From NCBI GenBank assembly GCA_913043225.1, contig CAJWLU010000027.1, positions 1 to 45,639 on the forward strand: a DNA stretch of 45,639 nt. Direction: 5' to 3'. Source of the DNA: an uncultured Acidobacteriota bacterium (GTDB lineage Bacteria > Acidobacteriota > Vicinamibacteria > Vicinamibacterales > UBA8438). A model generated the notes under the pieces. The model searched no databases. It was given only the letters and a program-made list of their open reading frames with translations, and was not told where the DNA came from. The first letter of the stretch is position 1. Every line of letters begins with the position of its first letter. The position numbers and the translations under genes are program-made. Below are positions 37,386 to 45,639 of the stretch, piece after piece.

Positions 37386-38066
37386 CTATGCCCCAACCGG
37401 GCACAGTCGACCGTCTTCGAGCCGCAGCACGCGGTCGCAGGACTCGGCCAGACGGGGGTTATGCGTCGCGATGAGCGAGGTCAGCCGGTGGTCGGTATGC
37501 ATTTGGCGCAGGAGCTCATGGAGTTCTTGGCCCGTCTGTTCGTCCAGATCTCCCGTCGGCTCGTCGGCCAGCAGGAGCGCCGGCTGCATGGCGAGCGCCC
37601 GCGCGACGGCCACCCGCTGCTGCTCCCCGCCCGACAGCATGCCGGGACGGTGACTTTCCCGTTCGGAGAGCCCAACGTCGGCCAGCAGGCGCCTTGCCCG
37701 CGGTTCCGCGTCGGCGGGCGCCATCCGAGCGATCCGGAGCGGCATCGCCACGTTCTCGAGGGCGCTGAACTCTGGCAACAAGTGGTGAAACTGGAACACG
37801 AACCCGACCCGACGGTTCCTGAAGTGCACCAGGGTGTCCTCATCGGCGCCAGTCACGTCGAGCCCGTCGATGCTCACCCGTCCCTCGTCGTGTCGATCGA
37901 GCCCACCGATCACCTGAAGTAAGGTGCTCTTACCGACACCCGAAGCTCCCATGATGGCCACCATCTCGCCAGACTCGACCGACAGATCGAGTCCGCGCAA
38001 CACGGCGAGCTCACGATCCCCCACTCGAAACGACTTGGTGAGCGACTCGACGCTGAGAAAGGACAT
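37386..38066 (-). CDS. lolD: Lipoprotein-releasing ABC transporter ATPase
   Basis: GASGVGKST, GFVFQFHHLLPEF, LSGGEQQRVA, LADEPTGDLD. Confidence 0.92.
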   Translation of the reverse strand: MSFLSVESLTKSFRVGDRELAVLRGLDLSVESGEMVAIMGASGVGKSTLLQVIGGLDRHDEGRVSIDGLDVTGADEDTLVHFRNRRVGFVFQFHHLLPEFSALENVAMPLRIARMAPADAEPRARRLLADVGLSERESHRPGMLSGGEQQRVAVARALAMQPALLLADEPTGDLDEQTGQELHELLRQMHTDHRLTSLIATHNPRLAESCDRVLRLEDGRLCPVGA

Positions 38067-38076
38067 TGGGCAACGG

Positions 38077-39315
38077 CTATTCGTAACGGAGCGCTTCAGC
38101 CGGATCCAGACGCGACGCCTGACGGGAGGGATAGATGGTGGCCAGCAGGCACACGAGCACCGCAGCGCTCACCACGAGGACTAGTTCCGGGATCTGAACC
38201 CGGAACGGCACCCAGGCGATGTCGTAGACGTCCATCGGCACCTGGATCAGCTGATAGCGGTCAGCGATGACCGAAAGAGTCACCCCCCCGAGAGCGCCAA
38301 CCAGCGTGCCGGCCGTGCCGATGAGCCCCCCCTGCAGCACGAAAATGTTCCGTATGCTGCGACTCGTCACCCCCATGGTCTTCAAAATCGCGATGTCGCG
38401 GCTCTTCTCCATCACCAGCAAAATCAGCGAGGCCACGATGTTGAGCGCAGCCACCATCATGATCAGGCCGATGGTGATGCCGATGGCTGTCTTCTCGAGC
38501 CAGAGGGCCGAATAGAGAGCCTGGTTCAGTTCGGCCCAGTCCTGCGCCAGATAGCCAGCGCCCAGGCGGTCCTCGACATCGACTGCCACCGCGCCGGCCC
38601 GGTCGAGGTTATCCACCTTCAACTGCATCATGTCCACCTGGTCGCGGAGGAACAACGTGCTGGCGGTCTCGAGGCTCACGAACCCGAAGGCGTGGTCGTA
38701 TTCGTAGAGCCCGAGGTTCGAAATGCCGACCACCTTAAGTGGACGTGGGCGCGCCATCGGCCCCACCGGGGACAGAGTTGCGCTCTGCATGGTCAGCACC
38801 GAGATCACGTCTCCGACATAGGCCCCAAGCTGCACCGCTAGCTCCTCGCCAAGGACGACGCCGCCCAACACACCATCGTGCTCGCCGGCGAGCTCCTCGA
38901 GGCTGCCGTACCGCACGGCGTCGTCCAAGTCGGTCACCTGTCCCTCGAGCTCTGGATCGATACCCTTTAGCGATAGAAACACCTCGACCCCAGACTTTGT
39001 CGCCACAGCCCGCCCAAGAATGGACGGCGCCGCCCCAAGCACCCCGGGCACCTCCCGCAATAGGGCTGCCTCGGCGTGGTAGTCCTCGAAGCCGCCGTCG
39101 AGCACCTTGTAGACGTAGACGTGGGCCTGAGCGCCAATCAGCTTGTCGCGGATATCCTGCTGCATCCCGGTCATCAGAGCCATCGCCACGATGAGCGACA
39201 TAACCCCAACCGCGACACCCGCGGTCGACACAAGAGTGATCAGAGAGACGAAGGCCTGCCGCCGGCGCGCGAACAGGTAGCGCGTGGCGACGTAAAACTC
39301 GAAGGGGAAAAACAT
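38077..39315 (-). CDS. Lipoprotein-releasing ABC transporter permease (LolC/E family)
   Basis: RYLFARRRQAFVSLI, VAALNIVASL..LVMEKSRDIAILKTMG, YPSRQASRLDPAEALRYE. Confidence 0.93.
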   Translation of the reverse strand: MFFPFEFYVATRYLFARRRQAFVSLITLVSTAGVAVGVMSLIVAMALMTGMQQDIRDKLIGAQAHVYVYKVLDGGFEDYHAEAALLREVPGVLGAAPSILGRAVATKSGVEVFLSLKGIDPELEGQVTDLDDAVRYGSLEELAGEHDGVLGGVVLGEELAVQLGAYVGDVISVLTMQSATLSPVGPMARPRPLKVVGISNLGLYEYDHAFGFVSLETASTLFLRDQVDMMQLKVDNLDRAGAVAVDVEDRLGAGYLAQDWAELNQALYSALWLEKTAIGITIGLIMMVAALNIVASLILLVMEKSRDIAILKTMGVTSRSIRNIFVLQGGLIGTAGTLVGALGGVTLSVIADRYQLIQVPMDVYDIAWVPFRVQIPELVLVVSAAVLVCLLATIYPSRQASRLDPAEALRYE

Positions 39316-39474
39316 GGGGCCTGTGCTCTAGGCTCTGGACAGTTCCGCTCGGTGCTCAGCCGGAACCGCTAGGCAATCCCGCGGACCTGCCCTGAACTGC
39401 CGGCGTTAGGCTCTGGGCTTCGGCACGAACACAACTACTGTCTACCACCTTGTCGGTGTCCTGCGTGCCAGCCG

Positions 39475-41031
39475 TTAGCGTTGCTCTTCCGGCGGCTCGT
39501 CCGACGCCCCCGCAGGAGCGTCGTCATCCTGGCGCTTCCGCATCAGCGGAAAGAGGATGACATCCCGGATCGAAGGACTGTTAGTCAGCACCATTACCAG
39601 ACGGTCGATGCCGACACCCTCTCCGCCGGTCGGCGGTAGCCCGTACTCAAGCGCCCGGATGTAGTCCTCGTCCATCTCGTGCGCTTCGAGGTCGCCGCCC
39701 GCACGGTCCTCGAGTTGCGCCTCGAATCGCCGCCTCTGCTCTACCGGATCGTTGAGCTCGCTGAAAGCGTTCGCCAACTCCATGCCGGCCACGAAGAGTT
39801 CGAACCGCTCGACCGTCTCCGGGTCGTCGGCCCGTTGTTTGGACAGCGGCGACACCTCGGTCGGAAAATCGTGCACAAAGGTCGGCTGTACCAGACTCGG
39901 CTCACAGAGCGCCTCGAACAGCTCGGCAGTGATCTTGCCGGGTCCGTGCCCCGCCTGCGGCTCCACGCCGAGTCGGCAGGCCAGAGTCGCTGCCTGATCG
40001 CGGTCCCGCAGGACCGCATCGTCCACCGGCTCACCCAGCCGGGCACTGGCCGCCTCCGCGACGGTCGCCCGCATCGATACCCGGCGGTAGGGTGGCGAAA
40101 ACGAGATCGTCTCATCCCCAAACTTCACCGTCTCTCCGCCGGTGGCGTCGCGGGCCACGGCCGAGAGCAGCTCTTCGGTCATGCTCATCAGCTCGTTGTA
40201 ATCGCTGTAGGACTGATAGAACTCCAGCATGGTGAACTCGGGGTTATGCTGGGTTGAAATTCCCTCGTTCCGGAAGTTCCGGTTGATCTCGAACACTCGC
40301 CCCACGCCGCCAACCAGGAGCCGCTTGAGGTAAAGCTCTGGAGCGATACGGAGAAACAAGTCCATGCCTTGCGCGTTATGGTGGGTAATGAACGGACGGG
40401 CCAGCGCACCACCAGCGATCGGCTGCATCATCGGCGTCTCGACCTCAAGAAAGCCGCGCTCGACCAAGAACCGTCTGATGGACGCCAGCACGCGGGCCCG
40501 AGTCTCGAACACCTCCCGCGACAGAGGATTGACGATGAGGTCGACGTAGCGCTGACGGTAGCGGATCTCCACGTCGGTCAACCCGTGCCACTTTTCGGGT
40601 AACGGGACGAAACACTTCGCCAGAAACTCGACCTCGGCCGCCCAGATGGTCAGCTCGTCGGTTCGAGTGCGGAACAGATGCCCCGCCGCCCCGATCTGGT
40701 CGCCAATGTCGAGGAGCGACGCAATCTGATAGTCCCGCTCCGACAGGGCATCCTTACGCAGGTACACCTGCAACCGCTGGCGCCCATCGGAGATCACGAA
40801 GAACCGTGCCTTCCCAAAACTCCGGATGATTAGAATCCGACCGGCGGTGCGGGTCTCGACCCTATCGGCTTCCAGCGACTCGCCGGAGGCGTCGCTGTAG
40901 TTGCTGACCAGCGTCGAGACCGTATCGGTGCACCGGTACGCGTGCGGATACGGCTGCACGCCGAGTTCGACGAGCGCCTCCAGATTGGCGCGTCTTTGTG
41001 CGAGTTGGTCGTTCTCACGTGGTTCGGTCAT
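39475..41031 (-). CDS. lysS: Lysine--tRNA ligase (class II)
   Basis: GGALARPF, LRIAPELYLKRL, RNFRNEG..HNPEFTMLE, GLPPTGGEGVGIDRL. Confidence 0.99.
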   Translation of the reverse strand: MTEPRENDQLAQRRANLEALVELGVQPYPHAYRCTDTVSTLVSNYSDASGESLEADRVETRTAGRILIIRSFGKARFFVISDGRQRLQVYLRKDALSERDYQIASLLDIGDQIGAAGHLFRTRTDELTIWAAEVEFLAKCFVPLPEKWHGLTDVEIRYRQRYVDLIVNPLSREVFETRARVLASIRRFLVERGFLEVETPMMQPIAGGALARPFITHHNAQGMDLFLRIAPELYLKRLLVGGVGRVFEINRNFRNEGISTQHNPEFTMLEFYQSYSDYNELMSMTEELLSAVARDATGGETVKFGDETISFSPPYRRVSMRATVAEAASARLGEPVDDAVLRDRDQAATLACRLGVEPQAGHGPGKITAELFEALCEPSLVQPTFVHDFPTEVSPLSKQRADDPETVERFELFVAGMELANAFSELNDPVEQRRRFEAQLEDRAGGDLEAHEMDEDYIRALEYGLPPTGGEGVGIDRLVMVLTNSPSIRDVILFPLMRKRQDDDAPAGASDEPPEEQR

Positions 41032-41034
41032 GAC

Positions 41035-41508
41035 TCAACGCGGTGGTGCCTTTTCGACGGGATGTGACGCCTCGTCCGACTCGAGGAGGCGCCGCACGCC
41101 ATCGAGCACGCCGTTGACGAACGGCGCCGACTCATCGCCGCTGAACGCCTTAGCCAACTCGATGGCCTCGTCGATCACGACCGCCGGGGGCGCCTCTCCT
41201 TCAAGCAGCTCGTAGGTGCCCATGCGGAGCACCAATCGGTCGACGACCGCCATCCGTTCCAACCGCCAGTTCGCTGCGGCGTCAGTAATCAGGGGATCGA
41301 TCCGCTCGAGCGCGGCCGACGTGCCATCGAAGATCGCCATGGCGAGCCGACGCCGCGTGGGAGTCGCGGCATGCTCGACCCAGAAGCGCTCAACTGCCGC
41401 ACCGACCTCGGCGGCCGACCCGCCACCAACTTCCTGCAGATACAGGAGCTGGAGCGCTGCGATCCGGGCCCGATGCCGGCCGTCTCTGACCGACCGGGCC
41501 GCACTCAC
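41035..41508 (-). CDS. nusB: Transcription antitermination factor NusB
   Basis: RHRARIAALQLLY, NWRLERMAVVDR, VVIDEAIELAK.F, FVNGVLD. Confidence 0.95.
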   Translation of the reverse strand: MSAARSVRDGRHRARIAALQLLYLQEVGGGSAAEVGAAVERFWVEHAATPTRRRLAMAIFDGTSAALERIDPLITDAAANWRLERMAVVDRLVLRMGTYELLEGEAPPAVVIDEAIELAKAFSGDESAPFVNGVLDGVRRLLESDEASHPVEKAPPR

Positions 41509-42008
41509 TGGGGCGTCTCTCCCACACCGGGTGGGGTGAACTGGCGAAACAGCCGTGCCATCGCAAGCGCTGCTTCCGCAGCTTCCCAGCCCTTATTGGA
41601 CGAGCCGCTCCCCGCCCGAGCGAGTGCCTCTTCCACGGAGTTGGTGGTCAGCACGCCGAACGTGATCGGCACGCCGCTATCGAGAGCAGCTCTGGTGAGG
41701 CCATCAGCTACCGCCGCAGCGATGTACTCGAAGTGTGGAGTCTCGCCGCGGATCAGGCAGCCGAGGCCGACCACAGCGTCCACATCACCGAAGGCCGCTA
41801 ACCGGCGGGCTGCCTGCGGAATCTCGAACGCGCCAGGCACCGGGGCGACCACCACAGCCGTCTCGGACACGCCGGCCACAGTCAACGCTTCGACGGCGCC
41901 ACCTCTCAATCGGTCGGTCACGAAGTCGTGGTAGGTCGAGACCACGAGCCCCACCCGGAAATCGCGCGCCTCGCCGGCACCGGTCAGCGTTTCAGCCACC
42001 GTCTTCAA
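41505..42008 (-). CDS. ribH: 6,7-dimethyl-8-ribityllumazine synthase
   Basis: VPGAFEIP, LGCLIRGETPHFEYI, FGVLTT, NKGWEAA. Confidence 0.96.
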   Translation of the reverse strand: MKTVAETLTGAGEARDFRVGLVVSTYHDFVTDRLRGGAVEALTVAGVSETAVVVAPVPGAFEIPQAARRLAAFGDVDAVVGLGCLIRGETPHFEYIAAAVADGLTRAALDSGVPITFGVLTTNSVEEALARAGSGSSNKGWEAAEAALAMARLFRQFTPPGVGETPQ

Positions 42009-42787
42009 TGCCCCGTGAACTGAGGAGCACGCTTCTCCAGGAACGCGATGGTTCCCTCGCGCACGTCCTCGGTGTCAAAGGCCAAGCTGAAGGTCGAGCA
42101 CTCGAACCGAGACGCCTCGGCCATCGACATGTCGACGCCGTAATAGACCGCCTCCAGAATGAGACGCACGGCGACAGGCGCCTGCTCGGCCAGTGTCGCG
42201 GCGAGCGCCGTGGTCTCGTCAGCCAGCGCCTCATCGTCGACCACCCGATTAACGAGACCGATACGGTGGGCCTCGGTGGCATCGATAGACGCGCCCGTAA
42301 GCATGAGCTCGAGCGCTCGCCCACGGCCGACGAGACGCGGCAGCCGCTGGGTCCCCCCGTAGCCCGGCATCAATCCAAGCCCAATCTCCGGTTGTCCAAG
42401 CTTGGCCGAGCGTGCGGCAAGGCGAAGCGTGCAGGCCATGGCCAGCTCACACCCTCCCCCCAGGGCGAACCCGTTGATCGAGGCGATCACGGGTTTTCCC
42501 AGCTGCTCCATTTCGTTGCAGAGCTGATGCCCTCTATCGGCCAGGCCACGGGCTGTCGATGGAGTGAGTCTTGCGAGCTCCCGAATGTCAGCCCCGGCAA
42601 TGAACGCCCGGTCTCCGGCCCCGGTCAGCACCACCACCCGCACACTCGCGTCGGCTTTCAAAGCACTAAAGGCATCAGCCAACGCCGAGACCGTCTCGGC
42701 ATCGAGCGCGTTCAACACCTTGGGGCGGTTGACGGTAACGGTGGCGACAGCGCCCTCGCGGGAGATCAGGATACGTTCGTCTGACAT
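42005..42787 (-). CDS. Enoyl-CoA hydratase (crotonase family)
   Basis: NRPKVLNAL, AFIAGADI, ALGGGCELA and GQPEI (both catalytic Glu), PGYGGTQRLPRLVG. ATG at 42787. Confidence 0.92.
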   Translation of the reverse strand: MSDERILISREGAVATVTVNRPKVLNALDAETVSALADAFSALKADASVRVVVLTGAGDRAFIAGADIRELARLTPSTARGLADRGHQLCNEMEQLGKPVIASINGFALGGGCELAMACTLRLAARSAKLGQPEIGLGLMPGYGGTQRLPRLVGRGRALELMLTGASIDATEAHRIGLVNRVVDDEALADETTALAATLAEQAPVAVRLILEAVYYGVDMSMAEASRFECSTFSLAFDTEDVREGTIAFLEKRAPQFTGH

Positions 42788-42857
42788 GACTGGCGTCTCG
42801 CTCACTATACTCCAGCGCTCGTGATCGACGGCTCGAACCGAGACTGGACGCCACGGC

Positions 42858-43031
42858 CTACAACGGAAACGGAAGGAAGACCCACCCGAGAACGACGGCG
42901 GTGGCGACAAAACCGGCGAAGATCAGGCCGCCAAATCGAAGCTGCTCCTTCGGTTCGTCCTTCTGCAGGACGGCGAACACAACCGAGACCAGTGCCGCGA
43001 ACAGAACGAGCAAGAGGAAATGACTGGACAT
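42858..43031 (-). CDS. Small two-TM membrane protein (57 aa)
   Basis: MSSHFLLLVLFAALVSVVFAVLQKDEPKEQLRFGGLIFAGFVATAVVLGWVFLPFPL; fits the gap in operon orientation. Confidence 0.7.
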   Translation of the reverse strand: MSSHFLLLVLFAALVSVVFAVLQKDEPKEQLRFGGLIFAGFVATAVVLGWVFLPFPL

Positions 43032-43047
43032 TGGATTCCCGGCAGCG

Positions 43048-43488
43048 CTACTTCCGGCCAACCGCCACGTCAAATGCGTCGAGACACACAAGCATATTGA
43101 GCAGTCCAGACACGATCAGAAACGTGTTCCCATGTTCCCAGGTCGGCGCCACGACCCGGCCCTCCCCCAACCCGGCCAGCGACGCCAGCAGATACGGCAC
43201 CCCATTGCCCAGATCGGCGAAGGCGGCCAGGAACACCAGCGGTCGCGACGGATCGAACGGCGCCAGTGTTCCCTCAAGAGCCAGGCCGATCACAAACATC
43301 AGCGGAATGGCAATCGCGAAGACGAGCCCCTTCTGGCGACGTCCCAGCCAGAGATGCCCACCGCCCGGCATCAACCATCCCAGGAACGCCGCCGTGGCCG
43401 CCCGGGTGCCGTCGGGCACCGGAGCCCGGGACGCGCCCTGCCGCTCGGCTACTCGAGCTCTCCGCGAATCACGAGACTTACGACCCAT
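43048..43488 (-). CDS. Membrane protein, DUF6677-like
   Basis: LGWLMPGGGHLWLGRRQKG, EHGNTFLIVSGLLNML..LDAFD.A.GRK. Confidence 0.7.
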   Translation of the reverse strand: MGRKSRDSRRARVAERQGASRAPVPDGTRAATAAFLGWLMPGGGHLWLGRRQKGLVFAIAIPLMFVIGLALEGTLAPFDPSRPLVFLAAFADLGNGVPYLLASLAGLGEGRVVAPTWEHGNTFLIVSGLLNMLVCLDAFDVAVGRK

Positions 43489-44075
43489 GCTACTGCCGTC
43501 CCCAGCCACACCCCGGCCAACGCCCGCCACATCGCGGACTCGTCCACGAGACCGGACCATTCTCCCACCAGCGTGAAGGCTGAGGGGACCGCAGCCAGCC
43601 CGACCACCCACCGCGCGAGTATCGTGTCACGTCCTAACGCAGCCCATCGCCGGTCGACTGCCGGGACACATCCGACGACCGTAGGGACTTTGCCTCGTGT
43701 AGCGTGCAAAGTTTCCGGATGCCTCGAGCTCCTTCGGCGTGGGAACAGCCAGAGCAGCCCTCCCGGCCGCCGGCGCGGCAAGCACAGCAGGATGCCGAAC
43801 GCCGCACCGAGGTAAAGACCAGCGCAGCGGGCGCATACCGGCATCTGCACTCCCCACGGATGGAACGAACGTGCCGACTGTTGATGACAGACCGCGCCAG
43901 CCGTCAGATACACGCCCGCCGACAGCGCCACAACCGGCCGGCTCTCGAACCCTCGCCCCGCTAACCACGGCACGCCGATGAGCAGGCCGTTCCAGAGCAC
44001 GATCGCGGATAGTAGACCGAAAAACAGAACCGCCCGCCAACGCCCAGGGTTCACTCGCGAGCTGTCGTCCGGCAT
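43449..44075 (-). CDS. DUF2085 family membrane protein
   Basis: VCHQ..ARSF...G.QMPVCARC.GLYLG signature. Confidence 0.8.
   Translation of the reverse strand: MPDDSSRVNPGRWRAVLFFGLLSAIVLWNGLLIGVPWLAGRGFESRPVVALSAGVYLTAGAVCHQQSARSFHPWGVQMPVCARCAGLYLGAAFGILLCLPRRRPGGLLWLFPRRRSSRHPETLHATRGKVPTVVGCVPAVDRRWAALGRDTILARWVVGLAAVPSAFTLVGEWSGLVDESAMWRALAGVWLGTAVAWVVSLVIRGELE
43665..43725. repeat. 61-bp palindromic insert inside the DUF2085 gene
   Basis: Ends GACACATCCG and CGGATGCCTC are inverted (8/10 match); inner stem ACTTTGC/GCAAAGT. Confidence 0.4.
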
Positions 44076-44081
44076 GGAGAA

Positions 44082-44993
44082 TCACAATGCCTCGAAGTGC
44101 GTCAGGCGCTTGAAGTAGTCGAACCGAGACTGCAATTCCTCTGGGGTCAGCCGCAGGAGCCGATCCAATCCGAAGTCTTCCACGGCAAACGAGGCCAGCG
44201 CGCTTCCGGCGATGATCGCGCGTATCACGACCGCTTCGGTCACCTCATCCGCCGAAGCCAGATAACCCATGAAGCCTCCAGCGAACGTATCCCCGGCGCC
44301 GGTCGGGTCGGCCACGTCTTCCAGCGGCATGGCTGGCGCCGCGAAAAAGCCCTCCTCGCGAGTCATCAGCACGCCGTACTCCCCGCGCTTGATGATCAGC
44401 AGCTTGGGACCCATGCCCTGGATGGCGCGTGCCGCCTTGACAAGGTTAGCTTCGCCGCTGAGTTGACGAGCTTCTTCGTCGTTGATCACCAGCGCGTCGA
44501 CCCGAGTCAGGACCTTCCGCAACTCATCCGGCGTACCCTCAATCCAGAAGTTCATCGTGTCGGAGGCCACGAAACGTGGCGCCTCGACCTGATCGAGCAC
44601 GTCAAGTTGAAGCGCTGGATGGATGTTGGCCAGGAACACGAACGGCGTGGGCCTGTAAGACTCCGGCAACGTCGGCTGGAACGATTCGAACACGTTCAGG
44701 TGGGTATAGATCGTCTCGCGGCTATTCAGGTCGGAGCTGTACTCGCCTTTCCACCGGAACGTCTCTCCGTCCACCCGCTGCAAACCGGCCAAATCGACTC
44801 GTCGGCCGCCAAACACCTCCATCTCGGTCTCGCCGAAGTCTTCACCCACCACGGCCACGAGACGCACGTCGGTGAAGAAGGAAGCAGCCACGCTGAAGTA
44901 GGTGGCCGCGCCCCCGACGATCCGCGACCGCTCTCCGAACGGGGTCTTGAGAGAATCGAATGCGACAGAACCGACGGTGAGAATGGGATGCAC
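44082..44993 (-). CDS. PfkB family carbohydrate/nucleoside kinase
   Basis: VGSVAFD, GGAATY, DTMNFWI, KRGEYG, DPTGAGDTFAGG. Confidence 0.92.
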   Translation of the reverse strand: MHPILTVGSVAFDSLKTPFGERSRIVGGAATYFSVAASFFTDVRLVAVVGEDFGETEMEVFGGRRVDLAGLQRVDGETFRWKGEYSSDLNSRETIYTHLNVFESFQPTLPESYRPTPFVFLANIHPALQLDVLDQVEAPRFVASDTMNFWIEGTPDELRKVLTRVDALVINDEEARQLSGEANLVKAARAIQGMGPKLLIIKRGEYGVLMTREEGFFAAPAMPLEDVADPTGAGDTFAGGFMGYLASADEVTEAVVIRAIIAGSALASFAVEDFGLDRLLRLTPEELQSRFDYFKRLTHFEAL

Positions 44994-45053
44994 GTTTCGC
45001 GTCTCTAGCTCGACTCGGGATGACGTCGACCGCCGCCGGTCGCCGCGTTCAAT

Positions 45054-45639
45054 TCAGATGTACTTGCCGATGATGGGCGCCAGATCCCGCTTCACGTCGT
45101 CGGGGATTAAGTCGGGCCGGGTAATGATAGCCGAGCCGAGCGCGGTGGCACACTCACAGCCCCGCTCGACCGGAAGACGCGACACCGCTTCGCTGACCAC
45201 CCGCTGCGCGGTCGCGGCGTTCTTGGTCAAAGTCTCGATGATCATGTCGACAGTCACGTCGTCGTGCCCCTCGTGCCAGCAGTCGTAGTCCGTGGCGAGC
45301 GCGATGGTGGCGTAGGCCATCTGCGCCTCCCGGGCCAGTCGGGCTTCGGGGAGGTTCGTCATTCCGATGACCTCGACGCCCCAGCTCCGATACAGCAGGC
45401 TCTCGGCGCGGGTGGAGAACTGGGGGCCATCGATGCACACGTAGGTGCCCCCTTGATGCACTTGTGGTCGCGCGCCCGCTTCGATCTGTTCGCCGACGGT
45501 CTGAGCGGCACGGTAGACCGTATCGGCGAGAACGGGGCACACCGGGTCAGAAAACGCCACATGTGCGGCAACCCCCCGGTCGAAAAAAGTGCTTTGCCGC
45601 CGTTTGGTAAGGTCGATGAATTGATCCACCACCACCAGG
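45054..45639 (-). CDS. mtnP: S-methyl-5'-thioadenosine phosphorylase (5' end beyond the window)
   Basis: DQFID.T..R..TFF, GPQFSTRAES, IGMTN.PEA.LAREA, TDYDCW (6-aminopurine-type DxD). Confidence 0.93.
   Translation of the reverse strand, partial: LVVVDQFIDLTKRRQSTFFDRGVAAHVAFSDPVCPVLADTVYRAAQTVGEQIEAGARPQVHQGGTYVCIDGPQFSTRAESLLYRSWGVEVIGMTNLPEARLAREAQMAYATIALATDYDCWHEGHDDVTVDMIIETLTKNAATAQRVVSEAVSRLPVERGCECATALGSAIITRPDLIPDDVKRDLAPIIGKYI

Noticed and set aside
39329..39416. 10-bp direct repeat TAGGCTCTGG in the lysS-lolC/E gap as a CRISPR or insertion scar
   Set aside because: Only two short copies, with no inverted ends and no cas or transposase genes.

Overview
GC-rich bacterial housekeeping region. 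The gene order (leuS-lptE-holA, lysS-lolC/E-lolD-clpC-bamA-skp, futalosine genes) and protein styles suggest Acidobacteriota, probably Vicinamibacterales-like (inference). A short + strand block (recX-alaS, hslR, rpsT) meets one ~41 kb run of - strand genes: mtnP-pfkB-three membrane DUFs-crotonase-ribH-nusB-lysS-lolC/E-lolD-clpC-bamA-skp-[fabZ-lpxA fusion]-Gfo/Idh/MocA-[Fe-S-less MqnE-like]-mqnA-mqnC-deaminase-mqnP-ubiX-menG-tonB-like-miaA-dgt-yceD-rpmF-fabD-fabG-acpP-fabF-etfB-etfA-ETF:QO-DUF374-HDAC-leuS-lptE-holA. I found no tRNA, rRNA, CRISPR array or transposase. Most notable: (1) an intact MqnE/MqnC-like radical-SAM paralogue that lacks the CxxxCxxC cluster loop and is coupled to mqnA; (2) a FabZ-LpxA fusion with both active sites intact; (3) four eroded gene remnants that the ORF track hides (pilT, a lytic transglycosylase, plsX, a type IV pilin), three of them still coupled to the next gene; (4) two small palindromic MITE-like elements; (5) the first ~125 bp are an unrelated SDR fragment, probably a chimeric contig end.
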